DNA of 64,000 nucleotides from an uncultured Thermoanaerobaculia bacterium (GCA_964565225.1 CAZMEL010000008.1:1876-65875); one strand, 5' to 3'. Numbered from the stretch's first letter, positions 8,921-18,361 are shown. Translations and numbers: made by a program. The notes: generated from the letters alone by a model not told the origin.

Positions 8921-11329
8921 TCAGAGGCCCTTCTCTTCTTCCAATGCTTCCAGCTTCCGGCGAACCTCGTCGACGCCATCGCCCCCGAGAGCGAGGCTCT
9001 GCTGGTACGAGCTCCGAGCTTGTTCCAGCTCTTCGAGGCGCAGGTAGAGATCACCGAGATGCTCGTGGATCGTGGGATCTTCCGGAACCAGGCGTGCTGC
9101 CCATTCCAGGTGCAGCCGGGCTTCGTCGTACCGGCCGGTCTGGAAATAGACCCAGCCGAGCGAGTCCACGTAGGCGCCGTTGTCGGGATCGATCGCAACC
9201 GCCCGCTGGACCATGCGCAGGGCCTCTTCCAGGTTCTCTCCCCGTTCCGCGAACATATAACCCAGGTAGTTCAGGCTCGGCGCGTGATCCGGCTGCACCT
9301 CCAGGAGCTTGCGGAAGGTGGCCACCGCCTCCTCGCGTTGGGAGATGCGCTCGTACGCTGCACCGAGGAGAAAAAGGGCGGGAACCGAGTCGGTGTTCTC
9401 CAGCAGCAGCTTCTGCAAGAGGGGGATCGAGTCGCCGTGCCGGTCGGCTCGCTGAAAGACCTGGGCGGCGAAGTAGAGCTGGTTCAAGTCTCCGGAGGCG
9501 ACCTTCGTCTCGATCTCCTTCTCCGCCACCGCACCCTTCTCGTGCTCGAAGAGAATCTCCAGGCGTTTGGCCTCGAGCTGCGGGCTCTGACCGCCCGCTG
9601 CCAGCACCTCGAGGGCCTGGTCGAGCTGCTCGGAGCTGGCGAGCGCGTCGGCCAGCAACAAACGGCTACCAACACGGATCTCCTCGCTGGTCGACTCGAG
9701 CAGCGCTCGCCCTTCGGCCACGATCGCCGTCCACGCCTCTTCTTTCGCCAACACCACCAACCGCTGGAAGGAGAGACGGTCGATGGCCGCTGCGGGGGCC
9801 ACGTCGCGCAGGGACTCACGGGTCTGGTCGAGCACCTCGTAGGCGCGCTCGAAATCGCCGCTGCGCACCAGGAGCTCGCTGAAGATCCGGCCGAGAGCAA
9901 TCGCGCCCTGGGGCTTCTCTTGCGCCAGCGTCTGCTGCCACTGCTCTCCGAGCAGCGCGATCGCCTCGTCGGCCCGGCCCTGGCGTTCCAGGAGCCCGAC
10001 CAGAGCCATCTGCAGCTGCAGCCTACGGCCGGTATCCGTCTCTCCAACCGCCAGCTCCCGCAGCACCTTGGCCGCCTGGTCCGCGTCACCGATGCGTTCG
10101 AGAAAACGGCTGAGGAGCAGGCGATCCTGCTCGGCGTTGGCCGAAGATTCGTCGGCATGGCTCAGCTGCTGCAGCTCGTCGATGGCTTCCGAGTACCGCG
10201 CCATGGCCGAGAGGATGGCGACGCGCAGACGCCGTAGCCCTTCGTTGGTAGGTGACTTCTCCAACAGCTCCTGGGTAATCCCGAGCGCTTCTTCGTTGTC
10301 TCCGCTCAGGTGGAGCTCGCGGGCGAGAACCTGCCGGTACCGACGGGTGCGCACTCCTTCGGGATTCGCTCGCAACGCCTGCACCGCCGCTCGATGCTCT
10401 CCTCGCTCGCTGAGCAGCTCGACCAGGCGGAGTCGATGCTCTCCGGCCGAGGGATCGATCTCCAGCAGATCGAGCAAGGCCTTCTCCGCTGCGGCTTTGT
10501 CCTCGGTGCCGAGCAATGCTTCCACCAACATGACCTGGATCATTCGCTGCCCGGGCTCCAGATCGGCGGCTTCCTGCAGCACCGCGGTCGCCTGGACGGC
10601 CTGGCGCTGCCAGAGGTAGAGCTGGCCCAGAGAGAGCAAGACTTGGAGATCGTCGGGTTTCTCTTGCCGGATCCTTTCGAAAGCCTCCGTGGCCTCACCG
10701 ATCGCCTCGAAGCGATTCTGCTCGACCAGCCGCAGCTGGACCTGGGCATACGAGCGCAGGGCGTCGAGATTCTCCGGAGCCAGATCCCGGGCCTGCCGCG
10801 CGTACTCGGCCGCAGCCTCCAGGTGCTCGATCTGCTTTTCTTCGGAGCGGGAGATCTGCGCCAGGTACACGTGGAAGCGGGCGACCTCGAGGAGGGCGTA
10901 GGGATCGTCGTCGTCGCCCTCCAGCGCCCGCTGGTAGAGCTCCAGAGCCTGAGCCAGGGAGCCGGACTCGGCCAGGATCTTCGCCCGAGCGAACTCGAAG
11001 GCCGCCTCGAGAGCCGCTTCGTCCTCGAGACCCTGCACCGGAATCGGCGCCTCCGGTGTCGTGCCGATCGGTGCCTCGGGGCTCGGAGCCGTCGCGTCGG
11101 CTTCGGGCCGAGCCGCGGTGCCTTCGTCGGAAGGGGCCGCGGTGACGGCGAGGGGCGGAACCCACCACGATCCCAGGCCGGCGACCAGGGCGACGGCAAG
11201 CCGGGTCGTCCAACGCCGAGAGCGGGTCCGTACCGCCGGAACGAGGTGTTCGGGCTCGGCGTTCTCGCCGTCCGCCAGGGCCTCGAATCGTCGGGAGCTA
11301 TGAAACTTGGAATTGTAGATGGTGGTCAT
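8921..11329 (-). CDS. Secreted tetratricopeptide-repeat (TPR) protein (~800 aa)
   Basis: Start at MTTIYNSKF (11329). N-terminal hydrophobic segment (LAVALVAGLGSWWVPPLAV), then >15 TPR-like 34-aa helical repeats (A/L/Y/E-rich, e.g. AEYARQARDLAPENLDALRSYAQV). Confidence 0.75.
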   Translation of the reverse strand: MTTIYNSKFHSSRRFEALADGENAEPEHLVPAVRTRSRRWTTRLAVALVAGLGSWWVPPLAVTAAPSDEGTAARPEADATAPSPEAPIGTTPEAPIPVQGLEDEAALEAAFEFARAKILAESGSLAQALELYQRALEGDDDDPYALLEVARFHVYLAQISRSEEKQIEHLEAAAEYARQARDLAPENLDALRSYAQVQLRLVEQNRFEAIGEATEAFERIRQEKPDDLQVLLSLGQLYLWQRQAVQATAVLQEAADLEPGQRMIQVMLVEALLGTEDKAAAEKALLDLLEIDPSAGEHRLRLVELLSERGEHRAAVQALRANPEGVRTRRYRQVLARELHLSGDNEEALGITQELLEKSPTNEGLRRLRVAILSAMARYSEAIDELQQLSHADESSANAEQDRLLLSRFLERIGDADQAAKVLRELAVGETDTGRRLQLQMALVGLLERQGRADEAIALLGEQWQQTLAQEKPQGAIALGRIFSELLVRSGDFERAYEVLDQTRESLRDVAPAAAIDRLSFQRLVVLAKEEAWTAIVAEGRALLESTSEEIRVGSRLLLADALASSEQLDQALEVLAAGGQSPQLEAKRLEILFEHEKGAVAEKEIETKVASGDLNQLYFAAQVFQRADRHGDSIPLLQKLLLENTDSVPALFLLGAAYERISQREEAVATFRKLLEVQPDHAPSLNYLGYMFAERGENLEEALRMVQRAVAIDPDNGAYVDSLGWVYFQTGRYDEARLHLEWAARLVPEDPTIHEHLGDLYLRLEELEQARSSYQQSLALGGDGVDEVRRKLEALEEEKGL

Positions 11330-11564
11330 CGTTCTCACCTGCACAGAATACCAGCCGAATGCCCACCGTACAACATGTCGGCGGGCCGGGCATAAGCTCT
11401 TGAATGGGGGTGCTTTACAGACATTCAGGTGCGCGCTATCATCAGTCATTACTGTAGCTTACGCATTCGGAGCCTGAAAGGATGCGGATCGGAGTCGATC
11501 TTCTAAGCAGGGCCCGAGAGCAGCACAACCGGTCATTCATCATGGATTCATCGAGGTTTCAGCC

Positions 11565-12896
11565 GTGACCAACAAACGACTCGGACAAATGCTGGTGGAG
11601 AACGGAGCCATCACCGGTGAGCAGCTGATTCGCGCCATCCAGAGCCAGCGGGCTCTCGGAGGCCGTCTCGGCACCTGTTTGCTCGAAATGGATGTGCTCT
11701 CCGAAGACAAGCTTCTCGACGCCCTGTCGCAGCAGCTGAGGGTTCCCGCCGCTCATATCGAGCAGCTGCGCGGTATCGACGACGAGATCCTCGGCCTGAT
11801 CCCGGCGCGCATCGCGCTCCGCTGCCAGGCGGTTCCCTTTCTCGCCTCCAATACCGACCTCCTGGTCGCGACTCTGGACGTCCGCGATCTGGGACTCCTC
11901 GACGAGCTGGCCTTCTGCTCCAATCGTCGCATCCGGCCCCACATCGCCAACGAGGTGAGGATTTTCGAAGCCCTCGAGAAGTACTACGGGCACGAGATCC
12001 CTCCGCGCTTCGGGCATCTGCTCGACCGCCTCAATCGCTCCCGCTACATGTGGGACGAAAGCGCCAAGATCCTGCTCGGTGCTTCCGCCGAGGAGCCGGT
12101 GCAGTGGCAGGGTCTCGAAGCGCTCGAAGCGGGATGGGCCGAGGAGAAACGCCTGATCCGTCCCGCGGCCAGTCGCTCCAACCGAGCCCCCGGCCGCCCC
12201 TCGACTCCGGCCCCCACGAGCAGCCCGGCCCAGGCTTCGGCCGCTCCGGTGGCACCGTCTCCTCCCGTGGCGGAAGCGGCAGCGGCCGTAGCGACGATGC
12301 CGCAGGTGCCTCCCCCCTCCTCTTCCCCCACTGAGCTCCTCCAGGCCGACAACCTGGCCCGGGTCTCCGAGCCCTTCCCGACACCTACCCAGCCGAGCCG
12401 CTCGACGCTCGGCCTCGAAGAGGTCGATGCACAGCTCGCCCGAGAGCCCGATCGCCAGAAGATCGGTGAGATCCTGCTCACCTACCTGGGGCAGACCTTC
12501 AGCCGCTGCGCGGTGCTGACGGTACGCAAGAATCTGGTCAAGGGTTGGCTGGCCCGAGGAGAGGGTTTCGACATTCGGCAGTTCCAGGCCCTCGAGCTTC
12601 CACTCGATCAGCCGTCGGCTCTGCTCAATCTGAAGAAGGGCAGCAACCTCTTCGTCGGCCCGCTGGCTCCGATGCCCTCCCACCGGCAGCTGGCCAAGGT
12701 GTGGGGAGGTGATCTGCCGACGGACTGTGTGTTGATCCCGCTACGAATTCGAGAACGTTTGGTCTGTGTGTTGTACGGGGATTGTGGGGACAGAGGGTTG
12801 GGCAGTGTGGATCTCGAGTCCCTCAGACGACTGGCAGAGAAAGCATCTCATGCGCTCGAGCTCTGCATTCTGCGCAAAAAGTTACAAAGGCTGTGA
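11565..12896 (+). CDS. MshEN (T2SSE_N) c-di-GMP-binding domain protein with P/A/S-rich linker and C-terminal uncharacterised (GAF-like?) domain
   Basis: GTG start. Both MshEN motifs are present: RLGQMLVENGAITGEQLIRAIQSQ and LGTCLLEMDVLSEDKLLDALSQQ. Low-complexity PAPS linker, then a ~150-aa conserved C-terminal domain. Confidence 0.75.
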   Translation: MTNKRLGQMLVENGAITGEQLIRAIQSQRALGGRLGTCLLEMDVLSEDKLLDALSQQLRVPAAHIEQLRGIDDEILGLIPARIALRCQAVPFLASNTDLLVATLDVRDLGLLDELAFCSNRRIRPHIANEVRIFEALEKYYGHEIPPRFGHLLDRLNRSRYMWDESAKILLGASAEEPVQWQGLEALEAGWAEEKRLIRPAASRSNRAPGRPSTPAPTSSPAQASAAPVAPSPPVAEAAAAVATMPQVPPPSSSPTELLQADNLARVSEPFPTPTQPSRSTLGLEEVDAQLAREPDRQKIGEILLTYLGQTFSRCAVLTVRKNLVKGWLARGEGFDIRQFQALELPLDQPSALLNLKKGSNLFVGPLAPMPSHRQLAKVWGGDLPTDCVLIPLRIRERLVCVLYGDCGDRGLGSVDLESLRRLAEKASHALELCILRKKLQRL

Positions 12897-12902
12897 GGAG
12901 CA

Positions 12903-13169
12903 ATGATCAAAGCTGACATCGTCAACAGAGTAGCTGAAGTGTCCGAGGTCCCGCGGGTCAAGGCGGCCCAGGCCGTGGACACGATTTTCGGTGCGATGAA
13001 AGAAGCCTTGCGGTCGGGAAAGCGCATCGAGCTGCGCGGCTTCGGCGTATTCCAGGTGAGGGACCGGAAGAAGGGTGTGGGCCGGAATCCCAAGACCGGC
13101 GTCGAGGTTCCGATCACTCCCGGCAAGACGGTGCGATTCAAACCCGGGAAGGAGCTCCGCAACCTCTGA
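12903..13169 (+). CDS. HU/IHF-family DNA-binding protein (IHF beta-like)
   Basis: 88 aa; RIELRGFGVFQVRDRKKGVGRNPKTGVEVPITPGKTVRFKPGKEL is the canonical HU/IHF beta-arm. Starts 6 bp after the MshEN gene stop. Confidence 0.85.
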   Translation: MIKADIVNRVAEVSEVPRVKAAQAVDTIFGAMKEALRSGKRIELRGFGVFQVRDRKKGVGRNPKTGVEVPITPGKTVRFKPGKELRNL

Positions 13170-13198
13170 TACCTCGTTCTTCCCTCCATCTACTTCGA

Positions 13199-13224
13199 GC
13201 CCGAGCCGACCGGCTCGGGCTTTT
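13199..13224 (+). terminator. Rho-independent terminator after the IHF-like gene
   Basis: GCCCGAGCC-GACC-GGCTCGGGC perfect 9-bp GC stem followed by TTTT. Confidence 0.7.
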
Positions 13225-13285
13225 GCGTTGATGAGGTGGCCCGTTGAGAAGAAGGGGTCGATTGAGTGCCTCGAGCTACTATTTG

Positions 13286-13300
13286 ATTGCTTTTGGCAAT
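13286..13300. promoter_or_regulatory. Candidate MarR operator palindrome (ATTGC-ttttg-GCAAT), ~50 bp upstream of the MarR-GNAT gene
   Basis: Perfect 5-bp inverted repeat with a 5-nt spacer in an AT-richer stretch (TTGATTGCTTTTGGCAATGAAATGCCGCATACT) between the terminator and the 13352 start. Confidence 0.35.
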
Positions 13301-13351
13301 GAAATGCCGCATACTCTTGGGAGAGGCGCACTTCATGAATCGAGGTAGCAC

Positions 13352-14308
13352 ATGGAATCGTCGTCCACGACTTCCCCCCGACCCGAGCAGATCGCGGCCG
13401 TCCGAAGATTCAACCGGATGTACACCCAGCAGATCGCTCTGCTCGCCGACCAGGTTCTCGGGGGGCCTCTCTCCCTTCCCGAAGCGAGAGTCCTCTTCGA
13501 AATCGCGGCTCCGGCGGCCGCTCCGTCCGCCAGCGAGATCACTCGTGCCCTGGGCCTCGACCCTGGTTATGTCAGCCGCCTCGTGGGACGCCTCGTCGCC
13601 CAGGGCCTGGTTCGAAGGAGGCCCTCCGCAGAAGACGCACGAAAGAGTCTCCTGGAGCTGACGGCGGAGGGGAGATCCGTCTTCGACAGCCTCGGTCGAC
13701 GCTCGGATCGCGAGGTTGGTCGCCTTCTCCAACGCCTGCATCCTCCTCAGCGACGCCGCCTCGTCGGCGCCATGGGCACGATCGAGTCGATCCTCGAGCC
13801 CTCGCCGGCCCGGCCTCCGTGTGTGCTCCGGGAGCCGGGCCCGGGTGACCTGGGCCTGGTGATCGCCCGCCATGGGGCGCTCTATGCCGAAGGCTGGGGT
13901 TTCGACCAGGGATTCGAGACCCTGGTGGCCGAGATCACCGCTGAGTTCGCGCGCTCCCACGACCCCTGCCGGGAGCGCCTGTGGATCGCCGAGGTCGGGG
14001 GGGCGTTCGCCGGCTCGGTGATGATCGTCCGCGAGAACGACACCACTGCTCGATTGCGTCTCTTCCTGGTCGAGCCGGAGCATCGCGGCTGCGGCGTCGG
14101 CAAGCTGCTCCTCGAGGAATGCTTGCGCTTCTCTCGCGCACAGGGCTATCACCGGGTCGTCCTCACCACCGTCGACCTTCTCGAGGCCGCCCACCATCTC
14201 TACACCCGGGCCGGCTTCCGCATCGTCGAGAGCACCCCCGTCGAGCAGTGGAGCCGGAAGATGCACCAGGAGGAGTGGCAGCTCGACTGGCTCGAAGAGC
14301 CTTCTTGA
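13352..14308 (+). CDS. MarR-family transcriptional regulator fused to a GNAT N-acetyltransferase domain
   Basis: N-terminal wHTH (EARVLFEI...ITRALGLDPGYVSRLVGRLVAQGLVRR). C-terminal GNAT motifs (RLFLVEPEHRGCGVGKLLLEEC; HLYTRAGF). Confidence 0.8.
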   Translation: MESSSTTSPRPEQIAAVRRFNRMYTQQIALLADQVLGGPLSLPEARVLFEIAAPAAAPSASEITRALGLDPGYVSRLVGRLVAQGLVRRRPSAEDARKSLLELTAEGRSVFDSLGRRSDREVGRLLQRLHPPQRRRLVGAMGTIESILEPSPARPPCVLREPGPGDLGLVIARHGALYAEGWGFDQGFETLVAEITAEFARSHDPCRERLWIAEVGGAFAGSVMIVRENDTTARLRLFLVEPEHRGCGVGKLLLEECLRFSRAQGYHRVVLTTVDLLEAAHHLYTRAGFRIVESTPVEQWSRKMHQEEWQLDWLEEPS

Positions 14309-14378
14309 AAGGTCGAACGCCCGAGACTGCCCGAAGACAGACTCGCCCGAGGGCGATCGTGGAAGCAGGATTGCCAAA

Positions 14379-14392
14379 TGACTGACCAGTCA
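14379..14392. promoter_or_regulatory. Candidate TetR operator (TGACTG-ac-CAGTCA), 15 bp upstream of the tetR start
   Basis: 6-bp perfect inverted arms with a 2-nt spacer immediately 5' of the TetR gene that heads the efflux operon. Confidence 0.4.
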
Positions 14393-14406
14393 GTTACACT
14401 CTTCGG

Positions 14407-15054
14407 ATGAAGCCAATCACGCGGGCCAGGAGTGAACAAGCCAAGGACAAACGACGCCGGGCGCTGCTCGCCGCCGCCCTGGAAGAATTCTTCGCCAGGG
14501 GTTTCACTGCGGCCAGAATGGAGGATGTCGCCCGTCGTGCCGGCCTCTCGAAGGGGACCCTCTATCTCTACGTCGACTCGAAGCAGGAGCTCTTCGTCGA
14601 GCTGATCCGCACCATCGCGATGCCCAAGGTCGAGCGAATCGAGCAGATCGCCGACTCCATCGAGAACTCCCACGAAGCCATCCGCACGATTCTCGCCGTC
14701 GCGGCGGTGATGGTGCGCGAGTCGCCTTTGCCGAGGGTCGTCAAGGTGCTGATCGCGGAATCCGGCGCCTTTCCCGAAGTGGTCCGTTCTTATCGCGAGC
14801 AAGTGCTCGATCGGGTCTTCGCCGCCCTGGCGAGAATCCTCGAACGAGGCCGGGCTGCCGGCGAGCTGAAGATTCGAAATGCGGATCTGGCGGTGCGGCT
14901 TGTCGTTGCCCCCATCATTTTCTCTGCCATCTGGAGAGTCGTTTTCGAGACCGGGGACGAAGACCGGCTGGACCTCGAGAGCCTGTACCAGCTCCACGCC
15001 GACACTCTGCTCCACGGCCTGTCGGCGACCGACCCGCGAGGATCGAATCCATGA
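14407..15054 (+). CDS. TetR/AcrR-family transcriptional regulator
   Basis: N-terminal HTH (RRALLAAALEEFFARGFTAARMEDVARRAGLSKGTLYLYVDSKQELF); 215 aa. Its stop overlaps the HlyD start. Confidence 0.85.
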   Translation: MKPITRARSEQAKDKRRRALLAAALEEFFARGFTAARMEDVARRAGLSKGTLYLYVDSKQELFVELIRTIAMPKVERIEQIADSIENSHEAIRTILAVAAVMVRESPLPRVVKVLIAESGAFPEVVRSYREQVLDRVFAALARILERGRAAGELKIRNADLAVRLVVAPIIFSAIWRVVFETGDEDRLDLESLYQLHADTLLHGLSATDPRGSNP

Positions 15055-16049
15055 GCGCCACGCCTTCGCAGAGACGCCCTACCCTGCCGATCTCCGTGGT
15101 GGCAGGTCTCGCGTCGAGCTTGCTCTTCGCCTGCCCGGGCCAGGATCCGGACGGGACGAGAACCGGCCTCTACACCGGCTACGTGGAGGCACGATGGTTA
15201 CACATCGCCGCTCCTTCCGCCGGCTGGATCACCCGGTCGCATGTACGTGAAGGAGACTCGGTCGAGGTCGGGGATCCGCTGTTCGAGCTGGAAGCCGAGC
15301 TGCAAGACGCCCAGCTGGAGGAGGCCGCCAGACGTCTCGGGCAGTTCGAGGCGGAGGCTCGAGATTTGTCGACAGGAGCGCGCGAGGAAGAGATCGAGCC
15401 TCTGGAAGGGCAGCTGGCAGAGGCCCGGGCCAATCGCGATCTGGCGGCGCTGGAACGAAGGCGATCGGGCACCCTGGCTGCTCAGGGCGTAGTTTCCCAA
15501 GACGCGGCCGATCGAGCGATTGCCGAGCACGAGGTGGCCGAGGCCAGGGTGCGGACTCTGGAAGCCGACATTGCCGCGGCCCGCCTCTCCGGGCGCAGAG
15601 CGGCCCGCGATGCGGCTCTCGCCACCGCAGAAGCTGCAGAAGCCGCGGTTCGCCAGGCCCGATGGCACCGGGACGAACGACGGGTGAGAGCCCGAGCGAC
15701 GGGTCGGGTCGAAGAGATCTTCTACCACCCGGGGGAATTCGTTCCGGCTGCGTCCCCGGTCCTCTCCGTGCAGCCGGAAGACGCCCTGGAGATCCACTTC
15801 TTCGTACCGCAGAAGGATCTCTCCAGGGTGGCACCGGGCACGGAGGTACAGGTCTCGATCGACGGCCACTCCGGCCCCATTTCCGCACGGGTGGTCCATG
15901 TCGCGAGCCAGGCCGAGTTCACGCCGCCAGTCATCTACAGCGTCGAGTCGCGCGAGAAGCTGGTCTTCCTGGTCAAAGCCTCCGTAGGAGACTCGCCGGG
16001 ATCCCCGGCGCTGCGAGCCGGGCAACCGGTGGATGTGCGACTGCCGTGA
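15051..16049 (+). CDS. HlyD-family periplasmic adaptor (membrane fusion protein)
   Basis: N-terminal TM/lipobox region, long coiled coil (LEAELQDAQLEEAARRLGQFEAEARDL...), C-terminal beta-barrel region (RVVHVASQAEFTPPVIYS). Confidence 0.85.
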   Translation: MSATPSQRRPTLPISVVAGLASSLLFACPGQDPDGTRTGLYTGYVEARWLHIAAPSAGWITRSHVREGDSVEVGDPLFELEAELQDAQLEEAARRLGQFEAEARDLSTGAREEEIEPLEGQLAEARANRDLAALERRRSGTLAAQGVVSQDAADRAIAEHEVAEARVRTLEADIAAARLSGRRAARDAALATAEAAEAAVRQARWHRDERRVRARATGRVEEIFYHPGEFVPAASPVLSVQPEDALEIHFFVPQKDLSRVAPGTEVQVSIDGHSGPISARVVHVASQAEFTPPVIYSVESREKLVFLVKASVGDSPGSPALRAGQPVDVRLP

Positions 16050-16987
16050 CCGAGCTGGCCATCGACGTCCGCGGCCTGGTCAAGTGTTTCGGCGACAAGA
16101 TCGCTGTCGACGGGGTCGACATCCAGATGCCGCGTGGCGAGGTCTGGGGTTTCCTCGGGCCCAATGGCTCGGGCAAGACGACCACGATCCGGATGATCTG
16201 CGGACTGCTCCGGCCCACCGCCGGGGAAGGACGTTGCCTCGGGTACGACATCCGGGAGCAGGCCACAAGGATCAAACACCTGACCGGCTATATGACGCAG
16301 AAGTTTTCCTTCTGGAGCGACCTGACCATCCGAGAGAATCTCGAGTTCGTGGCACGACTCTATCGCCTGCCGAACCTTCGCACGGTGGTCGACCGGACGC
16401 TGGAGAGCCTCGGTCTGACCCAGCGCCAGAAGCAGACGGCCGGAGCGCTTTCCGGTGGCTGGAAGCAGCGGCTGGCCCTGGCGGCGGTGACCATGCACCA
16501 GCCCCGTCTCCTGCTCCTCGACGAACCCACGGCAGGGGTGGATCCCCAGGCGCGGCGGGACTTCTGGGACGAGATCCACCGTCTGTCCTCTCTCGGCTTG
16601 ACGGTCCTGGTCTCCACCCACTACATGGACGAAGCCGAGCGCTGCGACCAAATCGTGTACCTGGCACACGGGCGAAAGGTGACCCAGGGGAGCGTGTCGC
16701 AGATCATCGATGAATCGGGGCTGGTGACCTTCGCCACTCGGGGCGTCGGCGCACGGGATTGGATCGAGCCGCTCCGAAAGCAGCCCGGGGTCGAGCACGC
16801 TTCCTATTTCGGAGCGGCGGTCCATCTGAGCGGCCGAGACCGCGACACTCTCCTACGTGCCATCGAGCATGTCGGTGGAGACCTCCAGTGGTCCGAGGTC
16901 GAGCCGAGTCTCGAAGACACCTTCATCGCTCTGATGGGACGCGCCGGCCACGATACCCGTCAACGGATCGTCGGATCACGGGAATGA
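16046..16987 (+). CDS. ABC transporter ATP-binding protein (ABC-2 type exporter ATPase)
   Basis: GTG start overlapping the hlyD stop (GTGA). Walker A GPNGSGKTT, signature LSGGWKQRL, Walker B LLLLDEPTAGVD, H-loop VLVSTHY. The track ORF 15662-16987 has a spurious N-terminal extension. Confidence 0.88.
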   Translation: MTELAIDVRGLVKCFGDKIAVDGVDIQMPRGEVWGFLGPNGSGKTTTIRMICGLLRPTAGEGRCLGYDIREQATRIKHLTGYMTQKFSFWSDLTIRENLEFVARLYRLPNLRTVVDRTLESLGLTQRQKQTAGALSGGWKQRLALAAVTMHQPRLLLLDEPTAGVDPQARRDFWDEIHRLSSLGLTVLVSTHYMDEAERCDQIVYLAHGRKVTQGSVSQIIDESGLVTFATRGVGARDWIEPLRKQPGVEHASYFGAAVHLSGRDRDTLLRAIEHVGGDLQWSEVEPSLEDTFIALMGRAGHDTRQRIVGSRE

Positions 16988-16991
16988 AGAG

Positions 16992-18161
16992 ATGGTAGAG
17001 AGGAAGACTCGGGCGATGGGCCGACTCGACGTGGCGGGTACCCTGGCTCGTATCTACGCCGTCTTCGCCAAGGAGCTGGTGCAGATGAAGCGGGATCGCC
17101 TGACCTTCGCCATGATGTTGGCGATCCCGGTGCTGCAGCTGATCTTGTTCGGATTCGCGATCAACAACGACCCGAAACACCTGCCGACGGCCGTCCATAC
17201 CGAGGAGCAGAGTCCCGTCATCCGCACACTGCTCACCGCCCTCGAGACCTCGACGTACTACGACCTGGTCTCTCGAAGCGCCGACCCGAGGGAGTCCGAA
17301 CGGCTCCTGGCTCGCGGTGAGGTCGCATTCGTGGTTTCGTTCCCCGTCGGCTTCACCGCGAGCCTGTTGCGTGGAGACCGGCCGCAGCTCCTGATCGAAG
17401 CCGACGCATCCGACCCCGCCGCAGCCTCCAACGCCACCGCGCGAGCCCAGACCCTCGTCGACCAGGCCCTTCGTCACGAGCTGACCGGGCCGCTGGCGGG
17501 GCTTGCTGCCGATCCCTCGCCGGTCGAGGTGATCGTCCACTCCCGTTACAATCCGGAAGGGATCACCCAGTACAACATCGTCCCAGGTCTTCTCGGCGTG
17601 ATCCTGACGATGACCTGCGTCATGATCACCGCCATCGCCATGACTCGCGAGGTCGAGCGCGGCACGATGGAGAACCTGCTGGCGATGCCGGTCACCCCCC
17701 TCGAGGTGATGATCGGAAAGATCACGCCCTACCTCGGCGTCGGAGCGATCCAGACCGCGATCATTCTGGCTGCGGCCCACCTCCTCTTCGGAGTCCCGTT
17801 CGTGGGCTCGCTGCAGCTGCTGTTGGTGGGAGTCGCGCTGTTCCTGATCGCCAACCTGGCCCTGGGATTCACTTTTTCGACCGTTGCCCGCTCGCAAATG
17901 CAGGCCATGCAACTCACGTTCTTCTTCTTTCTCCCGTCGATTCTCCTCTCCGGCTTCATGTTCCCCTTTCGAGGCATGCCGGCCTGGGCCCAGTCCCTCG
18001 GCGAGCTACTGCCCCTGACACATTTCTTGCGAGTCGTACGGGGAGTGATGCTGAAGGGCGCGGATCTCGGCGACATCGACGTCGAGCTCGGCGCCATCGC
18101 GCTCTTCACCTTCGCGATCGGTACGGTCGCCATGCTCCGCTACCAGCGGACTCTCGACTGA
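16992..18161 (+). CDS. ABC-2 family transporter permease
   Basis: Six predicted TM helices; ABC-2 permease pattern (RDRLTFAMMLAIPVLQLILFGFAI...). Confidence 0.85.
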   Translation: MVERKTRAMGRLDVAGTLARIYAVFAKELVQMKRDRLTFAMMLAIPVLQLILFGFAINNDPKHLPTAVHTEEQSPVIRTLLTALETSTYYDLVSRSADPRESERLLARGEVAFVVSFPVGFTASLLRGDRPQLLIEADASDPAAASNATARAQTLVDQALRHELTGPLAGLAADPSPVEVIVHSRYNPEGITQYNIVPGLLGVILTMTCVMITAIAMTREVERGTMENLLAMPVTPLEVMIGKITPYLGVGAIQTAIILAAAHLLFGVPFVGSLQLLLVGVALFLIANLALGFTFSTVARSQMQAMQLTFFFFLPSILLSGFMFPFRGMPAWAQSLGELLPLTHFLRVVRGVMLKGADLGDIDVELGAIALFTFAIGTVAMLRYQRTLD

Positions 18162-18226
18162 GCGGCCCGATCAGAATCCATCGAGCCCGTGGCGCTTCCG
18201 GGCCGGAAGCGTCAGCACCACGACCG

Positions 18227-18254
18227 TTGACCTGGCCTCCTCCGGCTCTATACA
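18227..18254 (+). promoter_or_regulatory. Sigma70-type promoter candidate for tRNA-Leu (TTGACC-16 nt-TATACA)
   Basis: -35 TTGACC (18227-18232), 16-nt spacer, -10 TATACA (18249-18254), ~21 nt upstream of the tRNA 5' end. Confidence 0.5.
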
Positions 18255-18275
18255 CTTCGCCTTCCGCTCGAACAG

Positions 18276-18361
18276 GCCGGAGTGGCGGAACGGTAGACGC
18301 GACGGATTCAAAATCCGTTGTCCGAAAGGGCGTGTGGGTTCGACTCCCTCCTCCGGCACCA
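18276..18361 (+). tRNA. tRNA-Leu (anticodon CAA), class II with long variable arm, genomically encoded CCA
   Basis: Acceptor GCCGGAG/CTCCGGC; anticodon arm ACGGA-TTCAAAA-TCCGT; T-loop TTCGACT; discriminator A + CCA. Coordinates cross-checked by codon arithmetic against the overlapping spurious ORF 18227-18436. Confidence 0.85.

Noticed and set aside
8849-11395. ORFs 8849-10237 + and 10310-11395 +, opposite the TPR gene
   Set aside because: Antisense reading of TPR repeats gives spurious long ORFs. The minus-strand TPR frame has regular 34-aa repeats and a signal sequence.
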